64,000 nucleotides of DNA, from NCBI GenBank assembly GCA_964356915.1, contig CAYHJF010000003.1, positions 17,579 to 81,578 of the forward strand, read 5' to 3'. Positions 1 to 9,001 of this stretch are shown here, in pieces (within the stretch, counting starts at the first letter, position 1; each line of letters starts with the position of its first letter). Position numbers and translations under genes: made by a program. The notes under the pieces were generated by a model. The model had not been told where the DNA came from. It did no database searches and saw only the letters and a program-made list of their open reading frames with translations. This stretch comes from an uncultured Candidatus Saccharibacteria bacterium. Lineage in GTDB: Bacteria > Patescibacteriota > Minisyncoccia > Ryanbacterales > GWA2-47-10b.

Positions 1-381
1 CGACGTGCGCTCCTCGTCCCATAAGAGCATTAAGCGCAACGGGTAAGGTCGCAACGAGTGTCTTTCCTTCACCAGTACGCATCTCCGTAATAGCTCCGCC
101 ATGGAGTGCCATGCCTCCCAACATTTGGACATCAAAATGCCGCTTACCAGAAGTTCGGCGTGAGGCCTCACGTACCATTGCAAAGACATCAGGCAAAACT
201 CTATCGAGAAATTCTGAGGTCTTTTCCTCCTCAGCCCGTAACTCAGCTATTTTAGCCCGTATTTGTTCGTCGGAAAGATTACGATATGCTTCTTCAAGCG
301 CGTTAATTTCCTCCAGACGAGACTGGAAACGAGCAACGGCCCGAGAACTCTCATCTCCGAAGATTGCAGAGAAAAATGACA
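1..381 (-). CDS. secA: Preprotein translocase SecA, N-terminal part; the gene continues beyond the window start. The ORF-track call 111..506(+) is its antisense shadow.
   Basis: Reverse-strand translation from the ATG at 381 gives [76 protein letters not shown]...[37 protein letters not shown]. The Walker-A-like GEGKT motif and the [28 protein letters not shown] block are diagnostic of the SecA N-terminus. Confidence 0.85.
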
Positions 382-420
382 TAGTAAATGCTTATTCTAT
401 AGGAAATCAAAAGAATTACA

Positions 421-449
421 AAAGCCCTCTCTATAAGGAAGGCTTTTGG
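421..449. terminator. Possible bidirectional hairpin between hpf and secA.
   Basis: The arm aaagcc (421-426) pairs with ggcttt (441-446), flanked by A-rich and T-rich tracts. Confidence 0.3.
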
Positions 450-470
450 ACATTTAAGGAAACACGATAC

Positions 471-839
471 TTATGCGAGCGTCCGCTTAATACGCCCTTT
501 CAGTGAGCGCTCTTTTGCACGAGCTTTTGATGTTTTTTTACTCGTAAATTTCTTTATGTCTTCTTTTAGTTCTCGAGCAACATTATCAATCGCGGCATGA
601 GCATCGGATGCCGAAGATTCTACTCGAATGATCGCGCCGCCAAGAGTAAGATTTGCCTCCGCAAACCAAATATCTCCTTTCTTATGATGTTTTGTGGATT
701 TTCCAAAATCAATCTCAAGCAATACTGCGTCCGTTTTTTTTCCTACCAGACGCTCAACGGGACCGACGAGCTTGAGGTCAACCCACTCTCGTATCGCAGA
801 CGTCAACGTTGTATTTGTTGCTTTTAACTTTATCTTCAT
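471..839 (-). CDS. hpf: Ribosome hibernation promoting factor (RaiA/HPF family).
   Basis: MKIKLKATNTTLTSAIREWVDLKLVGPVERL...ANLTLGGAIIRVESSASDAHAAIDNVARELKEDIKK matches the HPF/YfiA sigma-54-modulation fold. The ORF track extends this to a TTG at 878, but homology supports the ATG at 839. Confidence 0.8.
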   Translation of the reverse strand: MKIKLKATNTTLTSAIREWVDLKLVGPVERLVGKKTDAVLLEIDFGKSTKHHKKGDIWFAEANLTLGGAIIRVESSASDAHAAIDNVARELKEDIKKFTSKKTSKARAKERSLKGRIKRTLA

Positions 840-936
840 ATATCTAGTATAACGCATCGAAAAATAAAAACCGCTCAAACAAACAGAATAACCTCGTACG
901 CTCTCTCCAGAAGAATTCTCAAGTATAATTGGAAAT

Positions 937-963
937 GAAAAACCCCCTTGCGGGGGGTTTTTC
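937..963. terminator. Rho-independent, palindromic, bidirectional terminator.
   Basis: aaaaa-ccccc-ttgc-gggggg-ttttt: a GC stem with an A-run and a T-run on either side, in the murB-hpf spacer. Confidence 0.6.
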
Positions 964-1220
964 GCGAGAAAAGAGCTTATACTCTCTTCTTTTTCTTTGC
1001 TGCCTTTTTCTTCTTTGCCATTGTGATAGTCCTTTACTAAATAGCGACCTTGAATGAGCGCATAACGACTATCTCTATTATCGAAGATATACTTACTTGT
1101 CTCAATATTCCTGTAACTCTTTTACGCCTAAAACTGTGGATAACTAGCCTTAAAAAATAAAAAAAGAGTATTTCGTTAGCAAATTTCTAAAAAATCGTTC
1201 AAAAAAAATATTTTGAATCA

Positions 1221-1250
1221 AAAAAAATTCGCGCGAAGCGAATTTTTTAT
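1221..1250. terminator. Rho-independent terminator just downstream of the murB stop.
   Basis: aaaaaaa-attcgc-gcgaa-gcgaat-tttttat: a 7-bp stem (aattcgc/gcgaatt) flanked by A and T runs. Confidence 0.55.
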
Positions 1251-1269
1251 TCTCAAAAAATAAAAAAAA

Positions 1270-2202
1270 TTAAAAACCAATCATCTGTATCTCTTCTTCA
1301 AGTTGCAAATCAAATTTACGATGCACGTATTCTTTAATCAATCCTGCAAGAATAATAATTTCTTCGGCGGTTGCACCACCTTCGTTAATAATAAAATTTG
1401 CATGCTTCGGTGAAATAAATGCATGTCCAATTTTTTTACCTTTCAATCCTAGTCGATCAATGAGAAACGATGACGGAACTGTTGAACGTTGTGAAAATTG
1501 CGCGAGTTCAGGAAATCGTCTCAATAACCGTGCATGCGCTACGTCATCTTTCGGCCATCGAATATTTTTAAACAAACACCCCGCTGAAGACGAACCAATA
1601 TCTTGCGAGCGTGCCCTCTCGCGCGAATAGTGACGAATAAATCGCCTACTCACTTCGGGCGATCCTTCGCGCAATACAAGTTCTACTTGCGTAATAACCC
1701 ACTCTTGATGCTGTTTAAAAATACTTTCGCGATATCCAAATTCACAAAATGTATTTTCTTCTTCTTGAAACTCGCCTCTTATCGTATCAAAAAATCGAAC
1801 ACGCGATACGACGTCTTTCATCTCACCAGAATAACATCCTGCATTCCCTCGTACCGAACCTCCTACGCTTCCGGGGATGCCAATCATCCATTCAATACCC
1901 GTGAGTCCTGCCTCTGCGGCTCGAGCGACAACGACAGCATTTGGCATTCCAGCTCCGACGCGCAACGTAGCTCCTTGGCGCGCAAAATTCTGTATGCGCA
2001 TACGGATGATAATTCCAGAAAAACCCTGATCAGAAACTAGAACGTTTGACCCTGCTCCGAGAATAAAAAATGGTAATTTCTTTTTCTTCGCAAAAACAAC
2101 GGCATCTTGTAACTCATCTTCCGTTGTCACCTCAACAAAAAAACGCGCGTCGCCGCCGATACGAAGATATGTGTATTCTTTAAGATTTACGTTCTCTTTC
2201 AT
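1270..2202 (-). CDS. murB: UDP-N-acetylenolpyruvoylglucosamine reductase.
   Basis: MKENVNLKEYTYLRIGGDARFFVEV...ILGAGSNVLVSD...GIPGSVGGSVRGNAGCYG: the FAD-binding MurB signature. Confidence 0.9.
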   Translation of the reverse strand: MKENVNLKEYTYLRIGGDARFFVEVTTEDELQDAVVFAKKKKLPFFILGAGSNVLVSDQGFSGIIIRMRIQNFARQGATLRVGAGMPNAVVVARAAEAGLTGIEWMIGIPGSVGGSVRGNAGCYSGEMKDVVSRVRFFDTIRGEFQEEENTFCEFGYRESIFKQHQEWVITQVELVLREGSPEVSRRFIRHYSRERARSQDIGSSSAGCLFKNIRWPKDDVAHARLLRRFPELAQFSQRSTVPSSFLIDRLGLKGKKIGHAFISPKHANFIINEGGATAEEIIILAGLIKEYVHRKFDLQLEEEIQMIGF

Positions 2203-2206
2203 AACC

Positions 2207-2279
2207 TTAGAGGGTCAATGGAGGGTTATTACTCCATACGTATGTCCTTATGTGAGTGCCAGCCCCATTGACCCTCTAA
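2207..2279. promoter_or_regulatory. 15-bp perfect inverted repeat in the murB 5' leader and divergent-promoter region. It carries a nested 10-bp palindrome in its loop.
   Basis: ttagagggtcaatgg (2207-2221) pairs with ccattgaccctctaa (2265-2279). The loop contains catacgtatg (2235-2244). The 3' arm ends 4 nt from the murB ATG when read on the minus strand. Confidence 0.4.
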
Positions 2280-2330
2280 ATCTACGAAATACTTTTTTAA
2301 TTATACGCAGAATTGTATGAAAAGAAATAC

Positions 2331-2354
2331 AAAACCCCCGCAAGCGGGGGTTTT
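2331..2354. terminator. Palindromic GC hairpin with T/A tracts, acting as an intrinsic terminator or attenuator in the divergent spacer.
   Basis: aaaa-cccccgc-aa-gcggggg-tttt. Confidence 0.55.
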
Positions 2355-2510
2355 GTACGGACATAAACAGAGTTTTGATACCGAAATCGATATCAGAACA
2401 CTCACATGACTAGAGTATAGCCGATAGCCTCTATATTGTCAAGAGATGCGCTCCGTGCAACTATCAATCAATACTAGCTTCCAGCAAGCTACGTTACAAT
2501 ATAAAGATAT

Positions 2511-3854
2511 ATGGCACGACTATTTCGTAACTATCGAATACTCACCCTATTGCTTGGCGACCTGCTTATTCTTTGGGCCGGGCTTTTAGTTGTACTCGGC
2601 GGACGTTACGGTTTTACAAAATTCGATCACGTTCTTCAGCTCCACGTGCTTCCATTTAGTATCGTGTTCGCTATGTGGCTCACTATATTTTACATCTCGG
2701 GACTCTACGACGTACGCAATACCCAGGAAACCGCCACCCTACTTCGCACCCTCATCTATACAGTCGCAACAAACGGCATTCTCGCGATGATGCTTTTTTA
2801 TTTTGTCCCATTTTTCATCATCACGCCAAAAATAAATTTGATGCTTGATATAGGACTTACCGCAGCCCTTCTAACTGCATGGCGACTCATCGTGGCACGT
2901 TTTGCAACAACTGCATCAAAAGTACGCGTACTTCTTTTTGGTGACTCCTCTGAAATTAATGAGCTTGCATCCGCGATCACACGATACCCTCAACTTGGCT
3001 ACCACATCGCTGCACGAGCAAAAACAATTCATGAGCTCTCAACACTTCTACAAGCACATACTATCGAAATTGTAGTAGCACCAAAAGATGCTCAGATTGA
3101 TACGACATTTGTTCATACAATTTACGACACACTTCATCGCGGCGTACGATTTATTGACGCGGCAACATTTTATGAAAAAATCCTTGGAAAGATCCCTGTA
3201 ACGCTCATCTCAAAAACATGGTTTCTTGAAAATATTGCTGAAACAGAAAAATATTTCTTCGAGTCTATCAAACGTGGATTCGATATACTCTTCGCAATTA
3301 TTCTCGGCACTATAACAATCGTAACTCTTCCGATTGTCATACTCATCATTACCCTTGATTCTCGTGGACCATTATTTATTCGCCAAAAACGAGTCGGACG
3401 ACACGGAAAAGAATTTATACTCTACAAGTATAGAACGATGATCGCTCTCTCTCCTGACGGACTCGCTGAAACACATGGAGCGGTATGGGCAGAAAAAAAT
3501 GATAAACGCGTTACACGCATGGGAAAAATTCTTCGCACTACTCGTATTGATGAACTCCCGCAACTTTGGAATGTACTCCGCGGCGATCTTTCATTTATCG
3601 GCCCACGTCCTGAACGACCTGAATTTGTCCGTGAACTTGCACTCCATATTCCATACTATGAAATGCGAAACCTTGTACGACCCGGCCTCTCTGGATGGGC
3701 ACAAATCAACCCACCCTACTATTACGGCACGGACAAAGAAGCGCTTTTAAAACTTCAATACGATCTTTACTACATCAAAAATCGAGACCTTGGTCTCGAT
3801 CTTGAAATCGTACTTAAAACTCTCGCAGTAATTCTTTCTGCACGAGGACGCTAA
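2511..3854 (+). CDS. Initiating undecaprenyl-phosphate sugar-1-phosphate transferase (bacterial sugar transferase, WbaP/WcaJ-like, full length with N-terminal TM bundle).
   Basis: The C-terminal FDILFAIILG...PLFIRQKRVGRHGKEFILYKYRTM...RIDELPQLWNVLRGDLSFIGPRPERPEF...PGLSGWAQI block is the canonical Bac_transf domain. There are N-terminal TM helices. Confidence 0.85.
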   Translation: MARLFRNYRILTLLLGDLLILWAGLLVVLGGRYGFTKFDHVLQLHVLPFSIVFAMWLTIFYISGLYDVRNTQETATLLRTLIYTVATNGILAMMLFYFVPFFIITPKINLMLDIGLTAALLTAWRLIVARFATTASKVRVLLFGDSSEINELASAITRYPQLGYHIAARAKTIHELSTLLQAHTIEIVVAPKDAQIDTTFVHTIYDTLHRGVRFIDAATFYEKILGKIPVTLISKTWFLENIAETEKYFFESIKRGFDILFAIILGTITIVTLPIVILIITLDSRGPLFIRQKRVGRHGKEFILYKYRTMIALSPDGLAETHGAVWAEKNDKRVTRMGKILRTTRIDELPQLWNVLRGDLSFIGPRPERPEFVRELALHIPYYEMRNLVRPGLSGWAQINPPYYYGTDKEALLKLQYDLYYIKNRDLGLDLEIVLKTLAVILSARGR

Positions 3855-6097
3855 GGAAGTGCCCTCAAAAACTCATCAACTTGTTCTTTAAGGGCTGAAT
3901 TTTTTTCGACTGCTTTCTCGGCGTATGTGCGGGCATCCTTGTACCGCCCAACCTCAGCATACGTCTGCGCCGTAACAATATATCCCGTACCATCGAGCGG
4001 GGTACGTGCGATAAGTGCCTCAATAAAACGAAGTCTATTCGCCGGCTCCTTAACGCGCAACGAACGAACAAGTACTTCATCGAGTTTATCTAGCTGAAAT
4101 CCTTGACCCTGCTTCTGATCGATCGATACAACGAACTCATTCAGTACCCGAATAGCTCCATCAGCATCACCCGCGAGCATATGCGTCGACAATACGGCAT
4201 AAAACATGCTTGCTGAACGGGGCGCCAATTTAAACGCTTGATCCGCTTCGCTAACCGCCTCATTCATCTTTCCCTGAGCAAGATAAAGCTCTGCTAAACC
4301 TAAGTACGTCTGTACATAACGAGGCGCTAATTCCAACGCATGACGATACTCATTTTCTGCTCGCTGAATACTTTCTCCCGTCCAATGAAATCGCACCGTA
4401 TTTAACTTACCAGCAAAAATAGAATATTTTGCAACGTGGGGCTGTAACTCTACCTCCTTTTCCATCTCAGCAATACCCCGATCCAATAACGCGATAACTT
4501 GCGGGGAAGGCTTGCCCGTAAATTGTAATGCGCCCTGCACAATCATATCTGCGAGTCGCTCGCGCGCCTCAGTCGCGCCAAACGTACCCGATGAAATCGC
4601 TTTATCAAAATTTGCAATAAGCGTCTCCGTTGTAGCATTGGGACCAGGTTGAAGTGCGCTAATAATTTGGGCCGAGACAACAAGTGGCCGAATATTTATC
4701 TGATAGATGAGCAACATAACCACAACAAACGCCACTGCAGACAGGGCAAGCTGCATCCCTTCACGACTCTTTGATACGCGTGGAATTGGATTTTGAGAAA
4801 CTCCCAAACTATGAACGTACGCGAGAGCCCCGATAACAAGGATATAGCTCGTGATATTATCAAATACAAACGCATTTTGGATAAGATATCCAACCAACAT
4901 ACTAATAAGCACGCTCGCCTCACTGCCCCGAATTACACTACGTCGCCATGCCTGCACAAGCATATACAACGCTGTACCAAACAGAGACATATAAGCCGTA
5001 AAACCAACAACACCTCCCGCGACAAGCCACTCGAGTAACATGTTATGCGTACGATCAAACCACGGTTCATTACCGTACAAATTTGGGTTGTAATATTTAC
5101 CATACACAACAATAAAGTTTTCTGGACCCCACCCAAAAATAGGACGCTCTTTAAAACCCTCCCAACCAATCCCCCAAATCATAACGCGAGGATCGTTCGA
5201 CAACGCACTTACATTAACCGATGAGAAACGTGAGAACAATTCGACATTGCGTACAATCGGATTATTTGGATGTCGAAAAATTATTAGAGCAAAAAGACCA
5301 ACAACCCCAATACTCACCGGCACTGCTATCTGCACCCAGCGCTTGCGAGTCATGATCGCAGCTACTATCAGGCCTACCAACGCACCGACCACAAAACCAA
5401 CAAATGCGCCTCTACTTGCAACAAGAACAAACGTTATGAACTCAACACCGGCAAGCACCCCGTAGGCGACACGAGCGCCTCTGTAACGAACTCGCAAAGC
5501 ACAGTACGCCAGCAAAAATAAATGAAATAGAAGAAAGATACCTAAATAAATTGAGTTTCCAAAACGCGCAAACGGACGCGATTCACCGAGAATCTCAAGT
5601 ACGCCTCGAGCCTGCAACAACCCATGGACAGCCGCAATAGCACTAACTGCAATAGAGCCATGAACCAGATACGCCCAAAAATTTTTAAATACCCCGCCCA
5701 CGGAAACCAACACGAGAAAAAGAAGAAACAAATGAATATGAGTGATATACCCCTCCATTCGCTCATAGTTTGACCAAAAACTATGATAGGAGTCGACTCC
5801 CGCTATACTTGAGATAAAAAGCGCCACCATGAAAAGAGCAAACGCGATTAATACCGGTGACTTTTTTGGACGAAAGAGTGGGTTTGTACACGCAAGAACA
5901 AACCATGCAGCAGTAATAATTTCAACAATAATTCGAAAGAAAAAATTCTTACCTGTGATAAACGGGAAAAAAAGTGTCGCTGAAATGATTAATGGTGTTA
6001 GAAGAAGCGCGAAAATACCGATAACAATCGCCCAAAGGAGCCCTTTTTCATAGAATGACATGAGGCTCATTATAGGCTCATTTATAAGCTTCTTCAA
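3851..6097 (-). CDS. O-antigen ligase (Wzy_C)-like polytopic membrane protein with a C-terminal TPR region.
   Basis: About 12 TM helices over roughly the first 430 aa. The C-terminus has TPR-like AxxYxxLG repeats (LGLAELYLAQGKMNEAVSEADQAFKLAP...). Confidence 0.65.
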   Translation of the reverse strand: MKKLINEPIMSLMSFYEKGLLWAIVIGIFALLLTPLIISATLFFPFITGKNFFFRIIVEIITAAWFVLACTNPLFRPKKSPVLIAFALFMVALFISSIAGVDSYHSFWSNYERMEGYITHIHLFLLFLVLVSVGGVFKNFWAYLVHGSIAVSAIAAVHGLLQARGVLEILGESRPFARFGNSIYLGIFLLFHLFLLAYCALRVRYRGARVAYGVLAGVEFITFVLVASRGAFVGFVVGALVGLIVAAIMTRKRWVQIAVPVSIGVVGLFALIIFRHPNNPIVRNVELFSRFSSVNVSALSNDPRVMIWGIGWEGFKERPIFGWGPENFIVVYGKYYNPNLYGNEPWFDRTHNMLLEWLVAGGVVGFTAYMSLFGTALYMLVQAWRRSVIRGSEASVLISMLVGYLIQNAFVFDNITSYILVIGALAYVHSLGVSQNPIPRVSKSREGMQLALSAVAFVVVMLLIYQINIRPLVVSAQIISALQPGPNATTETLIANFDKAISSGTFGATEARERLADMIVQGALQFTGKPSPQVIALLDRGIAEMEKEVELQPHVAKYSIFAGKLNTVRFHWTGESIQRAENEYRHALELAPRYVQTYLGLAELYLAQGKMNEAVSEADQAFKLAPRSASMFYAVLSTHMLAGDADGAIRVLNEFVVSIDQKQGQGFQLDKLDEVLVRSLRVKEPANRLRFIEALIARTPLDGTGYIVTAQTYAEVGRYKDARTYAEKAVEKNSALKEQVDEFLRALP

Positions 6098-7032
6098 CGA
6101 CCGATGATTTCTCGAATGATATATTTTGGACGACCCTTCACTTCTTCAAAGATAATACTGACTGACTCGGCAAGCACTGCAAGAGACATAAGAATAACTT
6201 CCAGAAACATGAGTACTAAAGAAAATGCTCCTGCTGCATGCCATGAAACCCTCTGACCAAGCGCACACACAAGCATGGTGCCCATTGAAAGCACGACCAA
6301 CCCTGCCCCCCAAAATGCAGCACGAGAAACAAAGGCAAGTGGCGCATATGAAAATGAAAAAATAAATTTCTTTGCCCACCACGCATTACGTCGAAAACTT
6401 GGATTTGAAGTAACGCCATGCTTTCGTTCATCACGACTATACGGTACTCCTGTATGCCGAAATCCAACCCATGCACGCAGTCCTCTCACGAAACGTGAAC
6501 GTTCTGGCATTGCGTTGAACTGATCGACAACCTTTCGATCAAGTAATGAGAAGTCCCCCGCATCTACCGGTATATCAAGATATGAAAGCGCGTGAAAAAG
6601 ACGATAAAATGTTCGCCGCGCGATTCGAGAAAAAAAGGAACCGACTGCTCGCGGACGCACGCCATACACCACATCATATCCCTCCTGCCACTTCTCAATA
6701 AGTTTTGAGACAACCTCGGGAGGATCCTGCAAGTCGCCTTCCATCCAAATTACTGCTTCCCCAGTGGCATGCTCAGTGCCAGCTGAATATCCATACTGTG
6801 AATTACCAAAATTTCGAGAAAATAATATCACTACAACTCGACCATCCTTTGACGCAAGATCGCGCAGCATCGCCTCTGACCGATCCGTACTGCAATTATC
6901 AACAAATATTATTTCATAATCACTCACCGTCCCCTTGAGCGTACTCGAAAGACGGGAGTAAAGCTCCGGAATATTACCGGACTCGTTATAGCACGGAATA
7001 ACAACAGAAACTTTTTTATCGACGATTGTCAT
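6094..7032 (-). CDS. GT2 polyprenyl-phosphate glycosyltransferase (ArnC/GtrB-like) with two C-terminal TM helices.
   Basis: VSVVIPCYNESGNIPELYSRL...IIFVDNCSTDRS...IWMEGDLQDPP, plus C-terminal TM helices. It has a 4-bp overlap with the upstream gene. Confidence 0.8.
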   Translation of the reverse strand: MTIVDKKVSVVIPCYNESGNIPELYSRLSSTLKGTVSDYEIIFVDNCSTDRSEAMLRDLASKDGRVVVILFSRNFGNSQYGYSAGTEHATGEAVIWMEGDLQDPPEVVSKLIEKWQEGYDVVYGVRPRAVGSFFSRIARRTFYRLFHALSYLDIPVDAGDFSLLDRKVVDQFNAMPERSRFVRGLRAWVGFRHTGVPYSRDERKHGVTSNPSFRRNAWWAKKFIFSFSYAPLAFVSRAAFWGAGLVVLSMGTMLVCALGQRVSWHAAGAFSLVLMFLEVILMSLAVLAESVSIIFEEVKGRPKYIIREIIGR

Positions 7033-8236
7033 ATTTTTTCAAAAACTCCCTGATCGACTCCTCAACATGATCAAGCTGTTCACTCGATAATCCCTGATGA
7101 CATCCAATAAGAAACGCATATCCCATAACATGATCCGTAACAGGATACGAACGTATCGCGGTACGATGCTTGATAGAACGAAAGCCTGGCTGACGTAAAA
7201 TATTCCCCGTAAATACCGGCCGCGTTTGAATATTGCGCTCTTCAAGCCACGTACATATTGCCTTACGAGAAAAAGGCGCATCCTTACGAATCGTCAGCGG
7301 AAACGCAAGCCATGCGGTATCTGCACGTACATCTTGCTCTGGCATGATAAACCATTGTTCGTACTGTTTGAAAAAATTTAAAAGACGCTCGAAGTTTCTA
7401 ATTCGTTCTTTTTTAAATCGAGGAAACTTTTTCAACTGCTCAAGGCCAAATGCTGCTTGTAATTCGAGAGGTACCATATTATAACCAATCTCCGAAAATA
7501 CGAATTTTGCGTCATAATCAATAGAATCAATTTTTGTTCGAAATCGTTTCTTCAAATCTTCAGACCCCTTCGATTCGCCAAACAAAGATGACATGCGACC
7601 CCATCCGCGCAATACCAATAGTCGTTGCGCCCATTCTTTCGACTGAACAGCGATAAGTCCTCCTCCTCCTGCAGCATTCATAATATGTGACCCATAGAAA
7701 CTTGTCGTCGAAATATCCGAATACGCACCCGTTGATTTCCCTGCAAAACGCGCGCCAAGCGTATCACATGAATCCTCAATCAAAATAAGTTTATGTTTTT
7801 TAGCAATCGCCCTCAGACGAATAAAATCGGGGAGATTACCAATCAAAGACGGAATCATGAGAGCGCGCGTTTTCTTTGTCACAGCTCGCTCTACCTGATC
7901 AATATTCACCACATACGCTCCCTCATCAACATCAACAAAGACTGGTATAAGTTTTTTTTGTACTAATGGGGCAACAGTTGTCGCGAATGTTAAAAGAGGC
8001 GTAATCACCTCTGAACCCTCTGGTAGGCGCAGCAACTCCATTGCAAGCAAGTTTGCTGAAGATCCGGAATTGACCATAATGCCAAATTTTTTACTAAACA
8101 ACACCGCGATCTCTTTTTCAAACAAGACTCCCTTTCCTGAAAATGCCGTGTTGCCACGCAACACTTCTTCTACCGCCCGAATCTCTTCTGCGCCGTGCAC
8201 GGACTGAGCATATGGTACGCGAATATTGTTCTTCAT
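7016..8236 (-). CDS. DegT/DnrJ/EryC1/ArnB-family PLP-dependent sugar aminotransferase or dehydratase.
   Basis: GAEEIRAVEEVLRGN...SGKGVLFEKEIAVLF...NSGSSANLLA...SFYGSHIMNAAGGGG: an AAT_I fold with the conserved Lys region. Confidence 0.85.
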   Translation of the reverse strand: MKNNIRVPYAQSVHGAEEIRAVEEVLRGNTAFSGKGVLFEKEIAVLFSKKFGIMVNSGSSANLLAMELLRLPEGSEVITPLLTFATTVAPLVQKKLIPVFVDVDEGAYVVNIDQVERAVTKKTRALMIPSLIGNLPDFIRLRAIAKKHKLILIEDSCDTLGARFAGKSTGAYSDISTTSFYGSHIMNAAGGGGLIAVQSKEWAQRLLVLRGWGRMSSLFGESKGSEDLKKRFRTKIDSIDYDAKFVFSEIGYNMVPLELQAAFGLEQLKKFPRFKKERIRNFERLLNFFKQYEQWFIMPEQDVRADTAWLAFPLTIRKDAPFSRKAICTWLEERNIQTRPVFTGNILRQPGFRSIKHRTAIRSYPVTDHVMGYAFLIGCHQGLSSEQLDHVEESIREFLKKYDNRR

Positions 8237-8250
8237 AAATTCTCTTTACT

Positions 8251-8976
8251 CTAGCGAGCTTTCAGACTACGGTCAAAACGCAGCTTCCACGGAAGAAACA
8301 GCGCTTCGGTAATAATATTAAAAGACATCTTTGAAGCTCCTTCTCGTCGTTCAGAGAATACTATCGGAGACTCAATAATGCGGAATCCTTTTTTAAACGC
8401 TGTATATTTAAATTGAATAGTAAAACCGTATCCGCGCGCCGACATCATGCGTGGATCAAAAGCCTCAACAACCGAGCGTCGTAAACATGTAAACCCTGCC
8501 GTGCAATCTCGCACTGGTATACCAAGAATAAGTCGCGCGTACGTGTTTCCTCCCCAACTTAACAGGCGTCGTCGCCAAACCCAATTTTCTACACGTCCTC
8601 CCACAACATAGCGCGATCCAACAACAATATCGCAATTTTCTAACAAAGAAAGAAACTTTGGGATCTCATAATAATCATGGGACCAATCAGCATCCATCAT
8701 GATAATCGCATCAAAGTCCGCGACAACATCACTACGTAATGTATCGGCATATGCCCGCCCAAGTCCCTCTTTATGTTTCCGTACTACGACTTGCAAGCGC
8801 CCATTCGCCGACAGTGCGAGCTCGTGAGCTACTTCAGCAGTACCATCGGGAGAAGAATCATCGATCACACATACGTGCACGCCCGGAAGATCACGCAACA
8901 ATGCCGGAATAAGCGTCCTTACATTGTCGCGCTCATTGTATGTCGGAATTAATACTATTGTTCGGAACATACTCAT
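8251..8976 (-). CDS. GT2, dolichol/polyprenol-phosphate mannosyltransferase (DPM1)-like.
   Basis: IVLIPTYNERDNVRTLIPAL...CVIDDSSPDGTAEVA...MMDADWSHDP. Confidence 0.75.
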   Translation of the reverse strand: MSMFRTIVLIPTYNERDNVRTLIPALLRDLPGVHVCVIDDSSPDGTAEVAHELALSANGRLQVVVRKHKEGLGRAYADTLRSDVVADFDAIIMMDADWSHDYYEIPKFLSLLENCDIVVGSRYVVGGRVENWVWRRRLLSWGGNTYARLILGIPVRDCTAGFTCLRRSVVEAFDPRMMSARGYGFTIQFKYTAFKKGFRIIESPIVFSERREGASKMSFNIITEALFLPWKLRFDRSLKAR

Positions 8977-9001
8977 ATCCTACACTCATAGCATACAATC
9001 T

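Noticed and set aside
111..506. 131-aa plus-strand ORF from the ORF track.
   Set aside because: It is antisense to a clearly recognisable secA N-terminus ([15 protein letters not shown]), with no motifs of its own.
935..1057. 40-aa plus-strand ORF (MKNPLAGGFSREKSLY...) in the murB-hpf spacer.
   Set aside because: It spans the GC hairpin terminator and is low-complexity. It is almost certainly non-coding.
1603..2040. Short ORFs nested antisense inside long genes. Examples include 1603..2040, 12154..12603, 26722..27093, 35048..35422, 40914..41285, 44005..44415 and 23083..23346.
   Set aside because: They fully overlap strongly supported genes on the opposite strand and have no recognisable motifs. 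They are typical shadow ORFs.
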